Shown here: positions 35,586 through 45,179 of the stretch, piece after piece
Position numbering within the stretch: the stretch's first letter is position 1
How the letters are laid out: every line of letters begins with the position of its first letter
Assembly (NCBI GenBank): GCA_963662625.1
Contig: OY759726.1
Location: 160,001-224,000 of the forward strand
Origin: Nitrosopumilus sp.
GTDB taxonomy: Archaea > Thermoproteota > Nitrososphaeria > Nitrososphaerales > Nitrosopumilaceae
Length of the DNA: 64,000 nucleotides
Direction of reading: 5' to 3'
The notes under the pieces: model-generated
What the model was told of the DNA's origin: nothing
The model's database searches: none
The model's input: only the letters and a program-made list of their open reading frames with translations
Program-made: the position numbers and the translations under genes

Positions 35586-37463
35586 TCAGAGGTCCGGCGC
35601 CGCCGTGTCGAACGTCTTGAGCTGCTTCTCCGTCGGCATTATGGAGACCTTGATCCTGTTGTTGTCGCTGCGCATTATGGCCTGCCCCTTGTGGAGCGTG
35701 GTTATCTCGTCTGCCTCCTTCTGGGAGAGCTTCAGTATCTTCTTGAGCAGCGCGGCCGTCTCCGGCAGCATCCTGAGCAGCACCTTCGTCGAGGAGTTGT
35801 TGATTATCCCCTTGCCGTGGACGTTCGTCATCACGTCGTCGAGCTCCTGGGTCATGACCAGCATGTGCACGTTCTCCTTCCTCCCGGACTTCACGATGTC
35901 GTTGAGGACCGCCGCCGTCGACTCCATCCGGAGCATGAACCACGCCTCCTCTATCACCAGGAGCTTGGGGACGTGCTCGGGGGCGTCGCGCATGTCCTGC
36001 CAGATCTTCATCAGTATCAGGGTGATCAGCATCGCCGTGACCCGGTCCTTGCTGGCCTTCCTCATCGCGATCGTGGTCATGTCGCCCACGTCCATCTTCC
36101 CGGCGAACATCCTGGCGAGGCCGCCGTCGACGAACTGGGCCAGGTAGGTGGCGGCCTTGCGGCAGTCGTCGGCGTCGTCGCCGCCGTCGGTCCTGAGCCT
36201 GTCCACCAGCTCCGCGGTGCTGCCGGCGCCGGCCGACCTGGCGAGGGTGAGGGAGCGGAGGTTCGGCGGCATCTCCACGACGTCGCAGAGTATGCCGGCG
36301 GCCTGGTCCGCGTTGGCCGACACCTTGAACGGGTCCAGCCCCATCTCGTCGCGGGTCATCATGTCCACGACCCCCATCCCCAGGTAGTCCGACAGCCGGA
36401 CGTATTCCCCGTGCAGGTCCAGGATGTACGCCATCACCCGGTGGTCCTCGCCGTACCTGGTCCGGATCATCTGGAAGAAGTTGTCCACGTAGGTCTTCAC
36501 CGTCATGCTCTTGCCGTACCCGGACTGGCCCAGTATGATCATGTTGTAGTTGGCCCTCCTGGAATAGTCGTATATCACCGGGGCGCCGGTTATCTGGTTG
36601 TCCCCCAGGTAGACCCCGTTTGGCTCCATCATGTCGGACGAGGAGAAGGGGAAGAACGCCGCCGTGGACTGGAGGGGGAAGGCGAACCTCTTCCCCCACC
36701 CGGCCAGCGTGTCCCTCTGCTTCCCGGCCACGGCCATGCAGGAGATCTGCCTCTGCCTGGCCTGCCGCTCGAACTCCCTGCACTCCTCGCGCAGGCTCTT
36801 CCTGTCGCGGTGCGTGACCACGGCCGTGACGCCGCACTCGAGCAGCGACGTCTCCTGGTTGTGCATCATGTCGTTGACCCTCCTGGCCTCGGCGGCCTCG
36901 ACCTTGTGCCTCCCCCCGATCTTGGCCTCCAGCGTGTTGGCGTGCCCCACCAGGAAGCTCCTGGCCCTTCCGTCAGATATCGGGGTCATGGAGACGTTGA
37001 CGATGCTGCATATCTCCGACAGCCTCATCACCCACGCCGGCCTTATGGACCGGGGGAAGTTGTACACGGTGTACGCCCTCCACCACGCCCCGGACTCCAT
37101 CTCCATCGACCTCAGGTTCTCCCTCCGGATCTCCCAGGACGGCGGGGACTCGGTCCGGACGAACTGGAAGCCGCTGCCCATCAGCAGCTTCCCGAGGTCG
37201 AACTTGGACGTCAGGTAGACGGCGTGGTCCATGTACTGGTGCTGGTGCCCGGCGGCGGCCACCTCGGCCCTCTTGTTTATTATCCTCATGTCCAGCCTCT
37301 TCTCCGCCGCGCCCACGATCCTGGCGAACGACGCCAGGACGTCGGCCTTCTCCTGCTCGCTGAGTATGTCGTAGTTCGTGGGGGTGAGCTTGTATGTCGT
37401 GGCCCGCGGCCTCTTCCTGGCGCCGGCCCCCCTCCCCTGGCGCGCCTTCCCACTGCCGAACAT
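35586..37463 (-). CDS. virB4: VirB4-family conjugative transfer ATPase
   Basis: GVYLG, NYNMIILGQSGYGKS Walker A, ILDLHGEY, LVIEEAW Walker B, KSGRK, MTQ. Confidence 0.9.
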   Translation of the reverse strand: MFGSGKARQGRGAGARKRPRATTYKLTPTNYDILSEQEKADVLASFARIVGAAEKRLDMRIINKRAEVAAAGHQHQYMDHAVYLTSKFDLGKLLMGSGFQFVRTESPPSWEIRRENLRSMEMESGAWWRAYTVYNFPRSIRPAWVMRLSEICSIVNVSMTPISDGRARSFLVGHANTLEAKIGGRHKVEAAEARRVNDMMHNQETSLLECGVTAVVTHRDRKSLREECREFERQARQRQISCMAVAGKQRDTLAGWGKRFAFPLQSTAAFFPFSSSDMMEPNGVYLGDNQITGAPVIYDYSRRANYNMIILGQSGYGKSMTVKTYVDNFFQMIRTRYGEDHRVMAYILDLHGEYVRLSDYLGMGVVDMMTRDEMGLDPFKVSANADQAAGILCDVVEMPPNLRSLTLARSAGAGSTAELVDRLRTDGGDDADDCRKAATYLAQFVDGGLARMFAGKMDVGDMTTIAMRKASKDRVTAMLITLILMKIWQDMRDAPEHVPKLLVIEEAWFMLRMESTAAVLNDIVKSGRKENVHMLVMTQELDDVMTNVHGKGIINNSSTKVLLRMLPETAALLKKILKLSQKEADEITTLHKGQAIMRSDNNRIKVSIMPTEKQLKTFDTAAPDL

Positions 37464-37477
37464 GGGAGTCAGGTACG

Positions 37478-37493
37478 GCGGGCGCTTTTAAGG
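37478..37493. promoter_or_regulatory. Single central TATA element between divergent virB4 and pilus ATPase genes
   Basis: TTTTAA at 37486-37491 lies about 22 bp from both starts (37463 and 37513). Confidence 0.65.
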
Positions 37494-37512
37494 GCAGCGC
37501 GGTGGTGGAATC

Positions 37513-39018
37513 GTGGCCGACAAGCGTTACAAGCTGCACAGCATCAAGATGGACGCCGGCGCCATCGAGACGCTGGAGAAGTACAAGGTGGGGAAGGTCG
37601 ACGTCACCATAACGGGGGACGGGAGGTACCTGGTGCAGGAGCCGGTGATGCCGGCGGGGGGCGACGACCTCTACGACCAGATCATGAAGAAGATAGAGAT
37701 GAGCTTCGTGATGGACCACGAGGACGACTCCGACCCGGAGGTCATAGCGATAAACTTCGAGAGGGAGTTCTGGGAGACCACCAGGCGGCTCAACAAGTTC
37801 GAGGAGGCCAAGGGCATGTTCTCGAACATCGAGTACTACATCCGGCGCGACATCCTGGGCTTCCTCCTGATCGACCCGCTGATGAGGGACCCCGACATAG
37901 AGGACGTGCTGTGCTCGGCCCCGGCCAGGAACATCCGGGTGATCCACAAGAGGTACTCCGGGCGGTTCCACACGCTGGAGACCAACGTGGCGTTCGCGGA
38001 GTCCAGGGACATGGAGAAGTTCATCCAGAGGATGTACGGCCGCACCGGGACGGAGCCCACGGAGTCCTCCCCGATATCCGTCACGTACCTGCGCGACGGC
38101 TCCAGGATCAGCTGCACGTTCGGCTCCCAGGTGTCCTCCCCCGGGCCGGTCATAGCCATCCGGAAGTTCCCGGAGTCCCCGCTCACCGTCACCGACATGA
38201 TAAAGTCCGGGACGATGACGGCCGAGGTCGCCGCGTACATCTGGACCCTCCTCGACGCCAAGGCGGTCGGGCTGGTGATCGGGGTCACCGGCTCGGGGAA
38301 GACCACCCTGCTGGGCTCGTTCACCACCATGATGAACCCGAGGTGGAGGATCCTGACGGTCGAGGACACGCTGGAACTGCAGATACCGCACCCGGACTGG
38401 GTCAGGTACCGCACGCGCAAGTCGTACGGGCAGCTCTCCGACAAGTTCGACGTCACCATGCGGCACCTGATAGACTCGTCCCTGACGCAGCGCCCCGACT
38501 ACGAGATCATAGGGGAGATCAGGCTCGACGACATGGACATGCTGTTCCAGTCCGTCGGCACCGGCCACGGCGGGCTGACCAGCTTCCACGCCTCCAGCCC
38601 CCGCGGGGCCATAACCAGGATGAGGGGCAACAAGATATCGGACGGGGAGATAGCCCTGACGTGGTTCGCGGTGCACACGAGGGACGTGGAGCTCGACGGG
38701 ATCCGGGTCAGGAGGGTCAACGACGTCTCGGAGATAGTCCCGGACGAGGAGACCGGGAAGATAAGCGTGAAGCCCGTGTTCGGGTACGACGTCTTCACCG
38801 ACACTATAAAGAGGAAGGCCATGCTGCAAAACTGCGAGAGGTACGTCGAGGCCACCCACGTCTGCGGGATACGCGAGCCCGAGAAGGACATGGGGTACAG
38901 GATCGGGCTGCTCGACGAGTGCGTCGAGAAGGGGGCCACCGACCCCAGGTCGGTCTTCAGGATACTCGGGCGGTACTACTCCCGCGGGGGCGGGAAGGCC
39001 GGGCGGGCGGCGCGGTGA
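37513..39018 (+). CDS. Type II/IV secretion (TadA/VirB11/ArlI-like) pilus assembly ATPase
   Basis: IDPLMRDPDIEDV, IRKF, GVTGSGKTT, TVEDTLEL, QRPDYEIIGEIR, TGHGGLTSFHA. Confidence 0.92.
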   Translation: MADKRYKLHSIKMDAGAIETLEKYKVGKVDVTITGDGRYLVQEPVMPAGGDDLYDQIMKKIEMSFVMDHEDDSDPEVIAINFEREFWETTRRLNKFEEAKGMFSNIEYYIRRDILGFLLIDPLMRDPDIEDVLCSAPARNIRVIHKRYSGRFHTLETNVAFAESRDMEKFIQRMYGRTGTEPTESSPISVTYLRDGSRISCTFGSQVSSPGPVIAIRKFPESPLTVTDMIKSGTMTAEVAAYIWTLLDAKAVGLVIGVTGSGKTTLLGSFTTMMNPRWRILTVEDTLELQIPHPDWVRYRTRKSYGQLSDKFDVTMRHLIDSSLTQRPDYEIIGEIRLDDMDMLFQSVGTGHGGLTSFHASSPRGAITRMRGNKISDGEIALTWFAVHTRDVELDGIRVRRVNDVSEIVPDEETGKISVKPVFGYDVFTDTIKRKAMLQNCERYVEATHVCGIREPEKDMGYRIGLLDECVEKGATDPRSVFRILGRYYSRGGGKAGRAAR

Positions 39019-39314
39019 GGACGGCGTTCTCCGCCATTGGCGGGGGGTGCAGCCCCCACCCGGACGCCGCCAGGTTATCCGGGATGATCGGCGTGGAGAT
39101 CGTGGTGTGGGAGGTGGACTGCGCGCTGGTCGGCGGGGAGTGGAGGGTGTACTTCTTGGTGGGAAAGTCGCGGGACTGCTCCAGGTGGTACGTTGACAAG
39201 CACCGCGTCAGCGACATCCAGGTGATGCTGCTGATGAAGGCCCTGTTCCGGGACGGCGCCGCGCCGGTGGTGGCCACCCTGCGGGAGTGCGGGGACGGCC
39301 TCTTCCTGGCGTAG
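39015..39314 (+). CDS. Hypothetical small protein
   Basis: GTGA overlap with ATPase stop. Confidence 0.5.
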   Translation: MRTAFSAIGGGCSPHPDAARLSGMIGVEIVVWEVDCALVGGEWRVYFLVGKSRDCSRWYVDKHRVSDIQVMLLMKALFRDGAAPVVATLRECGDGLFLA

Positions 39315-39318
39315 GCGG

Positions 39319-40644
39319 TCATCCCCGGCCATCGTCGTCGTCCCCGCCGTCCCCGGCGTCGGCGGCCCCGGCGCCGTCCGGCCCGCCGTCCCCGTCCCCC
39401 CTGCCGCCCCCTCCGGCGCCAGAAAGCGAGCCCGCGAACCCGCCCAGCGCGCCCTTCCACATGCCCTGGCCGGACGCCGCGCCCTTGGCCATCCCGGTGG
39501 CGACGTTGGCGGCGATGAACGCCGAGGACATCACGGCGCCGGCCACGATCGTGGTGGACTGGTTGACGATCCTCCCGATGAAGGGGACCATTACCAGGGG
39601 GAGGGCGACGGACATGAACAGCGTCCCCATGGAGGATATCCAGACGTACATCATGGCCGCGCCGACGTCCGTCCCCCCAGAGGCCACGGCGACCGGGGAG
39701 GTGATCGCGCTTGCCGCCGTGGCCGCGCCAACGACCGTTATTATCGACGTCAGCAGCGGGATCATGAACAGCGCCGGCAGCGCCGTCAGCAGCTTGTCGG
39801 CGACGGCGTCAAACCCCGGGAACAGCCTGAGGATCAGCAGCAGGGGGAGCGCGCCTATGATCATCCCGGTCAGCATGTCTGTTATGACGGCGATCATGAC
39901 CGACATCAGCCCCACCTGGATGGTCACGATCGACTTCACCGCCCCGAGGAAGAGGTCGCTCCACAGCTGCGTGATTCCCCCCGAGAGTAGCCGCATCAGC
40001 CACTCTACCGGGTCGTCGGTCTCGATGTCGACCTGCTGGCTGCCGGCCATCTGCCATATCACGTAGTTTACCCTGAACTCTGGCCTGCAGACGTCCATCG
40101 CCCTGTCCAGGTCCGGGAACGGGCCCCACACCTCCCCGCCCTTCCTGTAGGGGGAGCCGTTGTAGGCGTCTATGACGTCCGCGTCCGTCCACGACGCCGG
40201 GCACGGGGCGTCCGGGTCCCCGGTGTAGAGCCCGTTCAGCACGGCCTTGGAGCCGTCCTCCATGAGCTGCGCCCCGGCGTCCCAGATGAAGGGGAACGCC
40301 GCCAGCAGCATGATGGAAAAGAGCATGTAGGCGGCCTTCTGGCGCAGGAAGTCCTGGCGGAACGCGAAGTGGAACGCTATGGCCAGGATTATACCGATGG
40401 TGAACACCATGTACGCCGCCCACCTGAGCTGCTCGTACAGGCCGAAGATCTCGTTCCCCGTCCCCAGGGCCGTGACGTAGTCGAACCGCGGCAGGTCGGT
40501 CATCTCCCCCGCCAGGTTGACCTCCATCACCCCGGCCATGATCCCGGCCACCAGCGCCAGCGCCACGTTGACCAGTATGACCGACACTATCACCACCGCG
40601 CCGTCCACCAGCTCAGTCAGGAACCCAGGGATCCTCAGCCTCAC
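39319..40644 (-). CDS. VirB6/TrbL-like polytopic membrane protein (paralogue 1)
   Basis: Multiple TMs, central loop, Gly/Ala-rich C-terminal tail; T4SS context. Confidence 0.65.
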   Translation of the reverse strand: MRLRIPGFLTELVDGAVVIVSVILVNVALALVAGIMAGVMEVNLAGEMTDLPRFDYVTALGTGNEIFGLYEQLRWAAYMVFTIGIILAIAFHFAFRQDFLRQKAAYMLFSIMLLAAFPFIWDAGAQLMEDGSKAVLNGLYTGDPDAPCPASWTDADVIDAYNGSPYRKGGEVWGPFPDLDRAMDVCRPEFRVNYVIWQMAGSQQVDIETDDPVEWLMRLLSGGITQLWSDLFLGAVKSIVTIQVGLMSVMIAVITDMLTGMIIGALPLLLILRLFPGFDAVADKLLTALPALFMIPLLTSIITVVGAATAASAITSPVAVASGGTDVGAAMMYVWISSMGTLFMSVALPLVMVPFIGRIVNQSTTIVAGAVMSSAFIAANVATGMAKGAASGQGMWKGALGGFAGSLSGAGGGGRGDGDGGPDGAGAADAGDGGDDDDGRG

Positions 40645-40711
40645 GGTGGCAACACCGCCGTGGGGCTTTAAGGCCCGCCGGCCCTTTTAACCCCCCGGCG
40701 GTGTTCCCGGC

Positions 40712-40984
40712 ATGGGGGAGTCGTGGTCGTTCGACGTCAAGGTTGGCACGGTGGACGCCGTCCTGTACGCCGAGAGGGGGCGCCTGAAGATCGAGTCCGG
40801 CGACTCGGTGCTGGTCGACACCCGCTCTCTACGGTCCGTAGACACCAGGGGCGGCGAGAGGCTGGTCATAGTCTGGGAGGACGGCGGGGCGAGGCTGGCG
40901 CAGGTGGTGAGGGTGACGTCCGCCCCGGCGGTGGTGGCGTGCGAGAAGGTCGCCGAGATGGTGTCGCCCGGATCCTGGGCGTGA
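40712..40984 (+). CDS. Small beta-rich (PH-like) protein
   Basis: TTTTAA box at 40685-40690; beta strands and terminal helix. Confidence 0.5.
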   Translation: MGESWSFDVKVGTVDAVLYAERGRLKIESGDSVLVDTRSLRSVDTRGGERLVIVWEDGGARLAQVVRVTSAPAVVACEKVAEMVSPGSWA

Positions 40985-40989
40985 CGCCG

Positions 40990-42285
40990 TCAGCCCTGCC
41001 CGGCGGCCCCGGCCCACTCATCCGGCGACATCACGTGCACGCCGAACTCGTCCAGGATCCTGCGGCGGGCGATTAGAAAGTCCTCGTCCCTAGTCAGGAG
41101 CACCCTGGCCTTGTCCCCCTTCCCCGGCGCGCATGACGCCTTGGCGAGTATCGCCTTGTCCGTCGTGAGATCCGGGATGCATTCCTTCCACTCGTACCTG
41201 CGCCATCCGGGCCTTCCCTCCTTCTTCATGTGGTGTTTTTTCTCGACGTGTGTCCTCCACTCCTCGAATTCGGCGAACATTCTCTCAAACATGATTCCAA
41301 CTTGATCCTTCATCTCCTCCACCTTGTTGTTGTCGGCCACTATGCGATCGCGGGTCGCCTTCTCCGCCACCAGACGGCGCGCCACATCCTCACATTTCTT
41401 GCCTGTCTGCCTGCTGTCGTTGTTCTTCCACACCACCCCGCGCACCTCTTCGAACACGTTGCTTGCCATGTACAGCCTCTTGCTGTTGGACAGGGTGTCT
41501 ATGATCCCCCTTATCGCGCCGTCCGGGAGTCCCTTCCCAGGCCCGGGCTTGCTCTTCCCGATCACTTCCATGTAATCCACCATCACGTTGGCGTCCGGCA
41601 CCACGACGCACTCCTCCGGGTCGATCCTGGCCGCCACCCTGACCGGCTTGGGAACGCCCCGCGCTTCGGGCCTTGAGTGGGCCACGGTCCCGGCCGGTTC
41701 CCGGCGTAACGGGGCGGCCGGCTTCACGGCCCGGCCGCGCTTTTGCGGGGCCATGTACGCCCCTCCGCCGCCGGTCACCCGGCCCAGGTCGCCCCTCCCG
41801 TGGCCGCGCCGGCGGCCCCGCCTCCTGGATGCCGCCACCGCGGCGGCGACCGCACCCGCCACGACGACGGCCATGGCGAGCGTCCATGAATCCCCGGCGG
41901 GCGGCTGGGCGCCGGCGCCTCCCCCTCCCGCCGGGACCTCCCGTTGGACGGGGGCGGCTGCCACGCCACCCATGTCGCTGCCTGCAGTGGAGGCCGGGGG
42001 CTGCAGGGAGGGATACCTTACCGGGAGGCTGGCCTCGTGGTCCACGCAGTACGTCCTGCCAGTGTCGAGGCTCGCGGCAAACTGCGTCCCGTCGTCATGG
42101 CATCGCCCGTCGGTGAGCCAGGGCTTCAGGCAGAAGCGCTCGATGCCGACCACGACCACGTCGTAGTGCGGCCTGCACTCCCAGGGCTCCCCTGGGGGCT
42201 GGGCCGTGGCGCCCATCCCCCCGGCATGGGCCGCGGCCGCCAGTGACAGTGCGGCCAGAAGGCACAGCGTGGGCGCCGTCCTCAT
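40990..42285 (-). CDS. Membrane-anchored protein with C-terminal PIN domain
   Basis: Signal peptide, 4-Cys ectodomain, TM, then VVVPDANV...VFEEV...DKAILA...LLTRDEDF PIN acidic residues. Confidence 0.65.
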   Translation of the reverse strand: MRTAPTLCLLAALSLAAAAHAGGMGATAQPPGEPWECRPHYDVVVVGIERFCLKPWLTDGRCHDDGTQFAASLDTGRTYCVDHEASLPVRYPSLQPPASTAGSDMGGVAAAPVQREVPAGGGGAGAQPPAGDSWTLAMAVVVAGAVAAAVAASRRRGRRRGHGRGDLGRVTGGGGAYMAPQKRGRAVKPAAPLRREPAGTVAHSRPEARGVPKPVRVAARIDPEECVVVPDANVMVDYMEVIGKSKPGPGKGLPDGAIRGIIDTLSNSKRLYMASNVFEEVRGVVWKNNDSRQTGKKCEDVARRLVAEKATRDRIVADNNKVEEMKDQVGIMFERMFAEFEEWRTHVEKKHHMKKEGRPGWRRYEWKECIPDLTTDKAILAKASCAPGKGDKARVLLTRDEDFLIARRRILDEFGVHVMSPDEWAGAAGQG

Positions 42286-42362
42286 GCCGTACCGGCGGGA
42301 TTCTGGTATGTATTGATTGCGGCGGCCGCCGGGCAGCCCGGAGGGCCCGGGGGTCCCCCTGG

Positions 42363-42839
42363 CTACCGGACGGTGGCGCCGGCCGCTTCTCCCGGGGGCG
42401 CCCCGTCGATCCGTATGGTGTCAAAGGACACCCTCTTCTCCCTGACGGCGTCCCTTATCCTCCTCTGGACACTGCTGAGCCCGGCCTTGCCCGACTTTAC
42501 GTCCACCAGCGCCACCTCGATCGGATCCTCGCCGTCCATGTTCCGAAAGATGACGTAATCCACCGGGGCCCCCATGAACCTGGCCTCTGACGGCCTGTAC
42601 TTTTCGCAGAACTCGCTCAGGAGGGGGGCCATGTGCTCGCCTATCTTCCCCTTCAGGACGTTCCTTGACTTGTCCACCGCCGCCCTGGATTCCTCCCTTA
42701 TCCTCTCCTCCACGCCTGCCTCCTGGCTTGCCCTGTACGCCTCAAACCTGGAATTCCTTTGGGCGCGCATCGCGGCGTAAACTATCGCCATCCCGGCCAG
42801 CAGCCCCGCCACGGCCGCCGCCACCGCCTCGAACGTCAA
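42363..42839 (-). CDS. Holliday-junction-resolvase-like endonuclease (Endonuc_Holl type) with N-terminal TM
   Basis: SRNVLKGKIGEHMAP...RFMGAPVDYVIF...VDVKSGKAGLS..QRRIRDAV. Confidence 0.85.
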   Translation of the reverse strand: MTFEAVAAAVAGLLAGMAIVYAAMRAQRNSRFEAYRASQEAGVEERIREESRAAVDKSRNVLKGKIGEHMAPLLSEFCEKYRPSEARFMGAPVDYVIFRNMDGEDPIEVALVDVKSGKAGLSSVQRRIRDAVREKRVSFDTIRIDGAPPGEAAGATVR

Positions 42840-43080
42840 TGGCGTGGAGTACGCGGCGACTATTTAAGTCCGGGACGGCCGCCGCCGGGAAGCATTCCGG
42901 GCCATTCGAGTCCTCCCGTCCCCTCCCCCGCGATCCCGGCGACTGCCGTCTCGTCGCCACGGCCGGGGGGCCGTCTCCTTGGCGCCCTTTCTGGTCGGAA
43001 ACGCGCCATGCAAGATAGCGGCCGGCGGGGGACCGGGGTCTAGGGATGCCGGCCGCTGGGTCGGCCGGCGGCGGGACGGG

Positions 43081-44229
43081 TCACCACTGCCTGTCCAGCG
43101 CCCGCGCCACCGCCCTGGCAAGCGGCGGGGGGACGGCGTCGCCGATCTGCCCCGCCACCTCCCCCCTGTTCCCCATGAAGACGTAAGAGTCCGGGAACCC
43201 CTGCAGCCTGGCGGCCTCCCTGGGCGTGAGCGCCCTGTCCTGCGCCGGGTGTATGCACCTGTTGGAGCCGGCGAACCCAAAGTTCCTGGTTATGGTGGGG
43301 GACGGCGCGTCGGCGCCAATCCTGGAGTACGAGGTGGAGAACCCTGACGCCATCCCGTCCGGTATGGACCGTATGCTCCTCCCAGAGTGGCGTATTATCC
43401 GCATCACCCTCTGGCTGTGCGCCGTCGCGTCATGCATCCCGGGGAAGCGGCGCCTCCCGCGCAGGCGGCGCGCGTATGGGGTGTGGGCCGGGCCCTGGAG
43501 GTAGCCGCCCCCGGACTGCCCGGCGGCGATCGGTTCCAGGTCCCAGATGGCGTCCCGTACCGTGACCCTTTTGCGCCTACCTGGCCCGTGGGTGGGGCGC
43601 GGGAACCCGAACCGCCCCCCCTCCCTGCTGCCGACCACCACCAGGCGCCTCCTGGACTGTGGCGCCCCAAAGTCGGCCGCGTCGAGCAGCTTCCAGTTCG
43701 CGGTGTACCCAATCCCGGCGAACCGCGCCAGCAACCCGGCCAACGCCTCCCCTCCTCGGTGGGTCACCAGTCCCGGCACGTTCTCCATGACGAACCATTT
43801 CGGGCCCGCCGCCCCCACCGCGGACGCAAAGTCCAGCAGGAGCCCGTTCCTCCCGTCCTCCACGCCGCCGGACCTCCGCGGTCGTATCGAGGAGAATCCC
43901 TGGCACGGCGGCCCCCCGATCACGAGGTCCGGGCGCAGGGCCGCGAGATCCGCCGCCCGGATGTCCCTGACGTCGCCGCGCAGCGTCCACGCCCCAGGGT
44001 GGTTCAGGATGAAAGTCCCGGCCGTGACCGGCGACGCCTCGGCGGCCGCGACCGTGAGGAAGCGGCCGTCCTCCTCGAACCCCAGGGACATGCCCCCCGC
44101 GCCGCAGAACAGGTCCAGGACCCGCAACCCCCCTCCAATGGGGGCGGCGCCTGGAGGGGGCCCCTGCCCGGCATTGCGGGCCCCGCGACTCCCCCCAGCG
44201 ACGCGAGGTACGACCATGGCGAGTCCCAT
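43081..44229 (-). CDS. dcm: DNA (cytosine-5) methyltransferase
   Basis: [42 protein letters not shown]; TTAAAT box at 44250-44256. Confidence 0.92.
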   Translation of the reverse strand: MGLAMVVPRVAGGSRGARNAGQGPPPGAAPIGGGLRVLDLFCGAGGMSLGFEEDGRFLTVAAAEASPVTAGTFILNHPGAWTLRGDVRDIRAADLAALRPDLVIGGPPCQGFSSIRPRRSGGVEDGRNGLLLDFASAVGAAGPKWFVMENVPGLVTHRGGEALAGLLARFAGIGYTANWKLLDAADFGAPQSRRRLVVVGSREGGRFGFPRPTHGPGRRKRVTVRDAIWDLEPIAAGQSGGGYLQGPAHTPYARRLRGRRRFPGMHDATAHSQRVMRIIRHSGRSIRSIPDGMASGFSTSYSRIGADAPSPTITRNFGFAGSNRCIHPAQDRALTPREAARLQGFPDSYVFMGNRGEVAGQIGDAVPPPLARAVARALDRQW

Positions 44230-44339
44230 GGGGGCAACATGTCGGCGGCGATTTAAGGGACGGCGAGCCCTGGCCCCCTGAAAGCCGCCATGGATTCGCC
44301 GTGCCCGCGCGGCCGCCCCATGAAACAATATATTCCGTC

Positions 44340-45179
44340 ATGAGTATTGCCGTTCAGGGACGCGGCGTGAGGGATCTTGAAAGGGACTATCTGGACATGG
44401 TTGTTGACTCGATCAGGGTTTCGGCTGGATACCGCCCGAAATTTGGGCGCGGTAGGGAGAGGAGCCTGACCCTGGAACAATTCCGGCAAATGTACGGGGG
44501 GGACGCCTTCTACCACTGGTTCGGGCTGGATGACCCGATGGTGTATGGCGCCCACAGGAGCGCCGGCGGCCTGACAAGCCTGTACAGGCAGATAGGCCAT
44601 GGTTGCGAGAAACTCGTGCGGAGGATCATCCGGGATTCGTTTGGGCTGACCGACGATGACGTCATGTGGTCGTACGAGGTGAACGCCCCGGGAGCCGGGG
44701 CCAGGACGCTGAGGCTTGACGCGCGCATCCCGCTGGAAAAGATAGGCGACGTGGAAAAAAGGAGGAGGTTCCTCAATTGGATGAGGCGGTCGGCGGCGGC
44801 CGTCGGGGTGGACGGGAAGGTGGCCGACAACCTCCACGGGGCGGTCTTCGAGATACGGCAGGGGTACAAAAGCAAGGACTCGAAACGGCAGAATGCCGAC
44901 ATCGCCAACGCCACCCAGGCGTACATGGACGGGTATTTCCCGTGCATCATGGTACTCTCAGAGCAGGTTGACGGTGACGTTTTGGCCCGTTACCGTGAAA
45001 GTGGGTGGTGCATCGTCACTGGGGCGCTGGGAAAGTCCGACCCCCACTCATCCACGTATGATTTCATGCGGGATGTAGTCGGTTACGACCTGGCCGGATT
45101 TTTTGAGAGGAACAGCAATTCCATCCGCGGGGAGATAAACGGTGTCCTCAAGGCCATCCTGGACGTTGGTGCCACGTGA
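44340..45179 (+). CDS. Putative type II restriction endonuclease
   Basis: LDARI...FEIRQGYKSKD PD-(D/E)xK-like core; flanked by two MTases; lower GC. Confidence 0.65.
   Translation: MSIAVQGRGVRDLERDYLDMVVDSIRVSAGYRPKFGRGRERSLTLEQFRQMYGGDAFYHWFGLDDPMVYGAHRSAGGLTSLYRQIGHGCEKLVRRIIRDSFGLTDDDVMWSYEVNAPGAGARTLRLDARIPLEKIGDVEKRRRFLNWMRRSAAAVGVDGKVADNLHGAVFEIRQGYKSKDSKRQNADIANATQAYMDGYFPCIMVLSEQVDGDVLARYRESGWCIVTGALGKSDPHSSTYDFMRDVVGYDLAGFFERNSNSIRGEINGVLKAILDVGAT

Noticed and set aside
35397-39314. 1305-aa plus-strand ORF and many other long Arg/Gly/Pro-rich ORFs in the track
   Set aside because: Shadow frames of real genes in 70% GC DNA; only the last 99 codons (39015-39314) look like a real protein
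42895-42935. TTCGAGTCC resembling a tRNA T-loop or att site
   Set aside because: No pairing T-stem, acceptor stem or cloverleaf could be built
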